NCBI GenBank assembly: GCA_964016885.1
Contig: OZ024745.1
Coordinates: 4,402,001 to 4,466,000 of the forward strand
DNA: 64,000 nt
Source: Eledone cirrhosa
Taxonomy: Eukaryota
Direction: 5' to 3'
Within the stretch, counting starts at the first letter, position 1; the number at the start of each line of letters is the position of its first letter. A model generated the notes under the pieces. It saw only the letters and a program-made list of their open reading frames with translations. It had not been told where the DNA came from and ran no database searches. The translations under genes and the position numbers were made by a program. This document shows positions 62,101-64,000 of the stretch, piece after piece.

Positions 62101-64000
62101 GGGTGTCAGATCAGTATTGGTAGGGTGTCAGATCAGTATTGGTAAGTTAGTAGTATTGGTAAGGTGTCAGATCAGTATTGGTAAGTTAGTAGTATTGGTA
62201 TGGTGTCAGATCAGTATTGGTAAGTTAGTAGTATTGGTAGGGTATCAGATCAGTATTGGTAAGTTAGTAGTATTGGTAGGGTGTCAGATCAGTATTGGTA
62301 AGTTAGTAGAATTGGTAGGGTGTCAGATCAATATCAGTAAGTTAGTAGTATTGGTAGGGTGTCAGATCAGTATTGGTAAGTTAGTAGTATTGATAGGGTG
62401 TCAGATCAGTATTGGTAAGTTAGTAGTATTGGTAGGGTGTCAGATCAGTATTGGTAAGTTAGTAGTATTGGTAGGGTGTCAGATCAATATCAGTAAGTTA
62501 GTAGTATTGGTAGGGTGTCAGATCAATATCAGTAAGTTAGTAGTATTGGTAAGGTGTCAGATCAGTATTGGTAAGTTAGTAATATTGGTAGGGTGTCAGA
62601 TCAGTATTGGTAAGTTAGTAGTATTGGTAGGGTGTCAGATCAGTATTGGTAAGTTAGTAGTATTGGTAGGGTGTCAGATCAGTATTGGTAAGTTAGTAGT
62701 ATTGGTAGGGTGTCAGATCAATATCAGTAAGTTAGTAGTATTGGTAGGGTGTCAGATCAGTATTGGTAAGTTAGTAGTATTGGTAGGGTGTCAGATCAGT
62801 ATTGGTAAGTTAGTAGTATTGGTAGGGAGTCAGATCAGTATTGGTAAGTTAGTAGTATTGGTAGGGTGTCAGATCAGTATTGGTAAGTTAGTAGTATTGG
62901 TAGGGTGTCAGATCAATATCAGTAAGTTAGTAGTATTGGTAGGGTGTCAGATCAATATCAGTAAGTTAGTAGTATTGGTAAGGTGTCAGATCAGTATTGG
63001 TAAGTTAGTAGTATTGGTAGGGTGTCAGATCAATATCAGTAAGTTAGTAGTATTGGTAGGGTGTCAGATCAGTATTGGTAAGTTAGTAGTATTGGTAGGG
63101 TGTCAGATCAGTATTGGTAAGTTAGTAGTATTGGTAGGGTGTCAGATCAGTATTAGTAAGTTAGTAGTATTGGTAGGGTGTCAGATCAGTATTGGTAAGT
63201 TAGTAGTATTGGTAGGGTGTCAGATCAGTATTGGTAAGTTAGTAGTATTGGTAGGGTGTCAGATCAGTATTGGTAAGTTAGTAGTATTGGTAGGGTGTCA
63301 GATCAGTATCGGTAAGTTAGTAGTATTGGTAGGGTGTCAGATCAATATCAGTAAGTTAGTAGTATTGGTAGGGTGTCAGATCAGTATTGGTAAGTTAGTA
63401 GTATTGGTAGGGTGTCAGATCAGTATTGGTAAGTTAGTAGTATGGTAGGGTGTCAGATCAATATCAGTAAGTTAGTAGTATTGGTAGGGTGTCAGATCAA
63501 TATCAGTAAGTTAGTAGTATTGGTAGGGTGTCAGATCAATATCAGTAAGTTAGTAGTATTGGTAGGGTGTCAGATCAGTATTGGTAAGTTAGCAGTATTG
63601 GTAAGGTGTCAGATCAGTATTGGTAAGTTAGTAGTATTGGTAGGGTGTCAGATCAATATCAGTAAGTTAGTAGTATTGGTAAGGGTGTCAGATCAGTATT
63701 GGTAAGTTAGTAGTATTGGTAAGGTGTCAGATCAGTATTGGTAAGTTAGTAGTATTGGTAGGGTGTCAGATCAGTATTGGTAGGGTGTCAGATCAGTATT
63801 GGTAAGTTAGTAGTATTGGTAAGGTGTCAGATCAGTATTGGTAAGTTAGTAGTATTGGTAGGGGTGTCAGATCAATATCAGTAAGTTAGTAGTATTGGTA
63901 AGGTGTCAGATCAGTATTGGTAAGTTAGTAGTATTGGTAGGGTGTCAGATCAGTATTGGTAAGTTAGTAGTATTGGTAAGGTGTCAGATCAGTATTGGTA
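38193..64000. repeat. 39-bp satellite array (~660 units; GTATTGGTAGGGTGTCAGATCAGTATTGGTAAGTTAGTA); continues beyond the right edge
   Basis: Uninterrupted tandem array. The unit is 22+17-bp subunits that both contain AGTATTGGTA. Occasional lone 22-mers or 17-mers occur, and a common variant reads CAATATCAGTAAG. Confidence 0.99.

Noticed and set aside
38203-63705. Long (LVGCQISIGKLVV)n ORFs up to 1174 aa
   Set aside because: The 39-bp unit is 13 codons, so one frame stays open by chance. The frame is broken by 22/17-bp subunit indels and stops, and has no real ATG start or non-repetitive domain.

Overview
Eukaryotic, AT-rich genomic DNA. The SINE families suggest a coleoid cephalopod, probably Octopus; this is inferred from recalled repeat motifs, not from a search. 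About 78% of the window is two satellite arrays: a 30-bp array (1-23942) and a 39-bp array (38193-64000). Between them is a ~14 kb island carrying the last nine coding exons of a cytoplasmic threonyl-tRNA synthetase (TARS, + strand). These exons give 993 nt, or 330 aa plus stop, with all GT-AG junctions and phases consistent, followed by a probable spliced 3' UTR and poly(A) signal. The missing 5' exons must lie upstream of the window, so the 30-bp satellite probably sits inside a TARS intron of more than 25 kb. The introns also hold a ~530-bp mini-Helitron with both termini, several tRNA-derived SINEs, an RTE-X-like LINE 3' fragment, three minisatellites that appear to have arisen inside SINEs, and several long inverted repeats, one of them a perfect 69-bp stem. 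The long repetitive ORFs in the ORF track are artefacts of satellite units whose lengths are multiples of 3. I found no convincing new protein-coding system; the most interesting signals are architectural or RNA-level.
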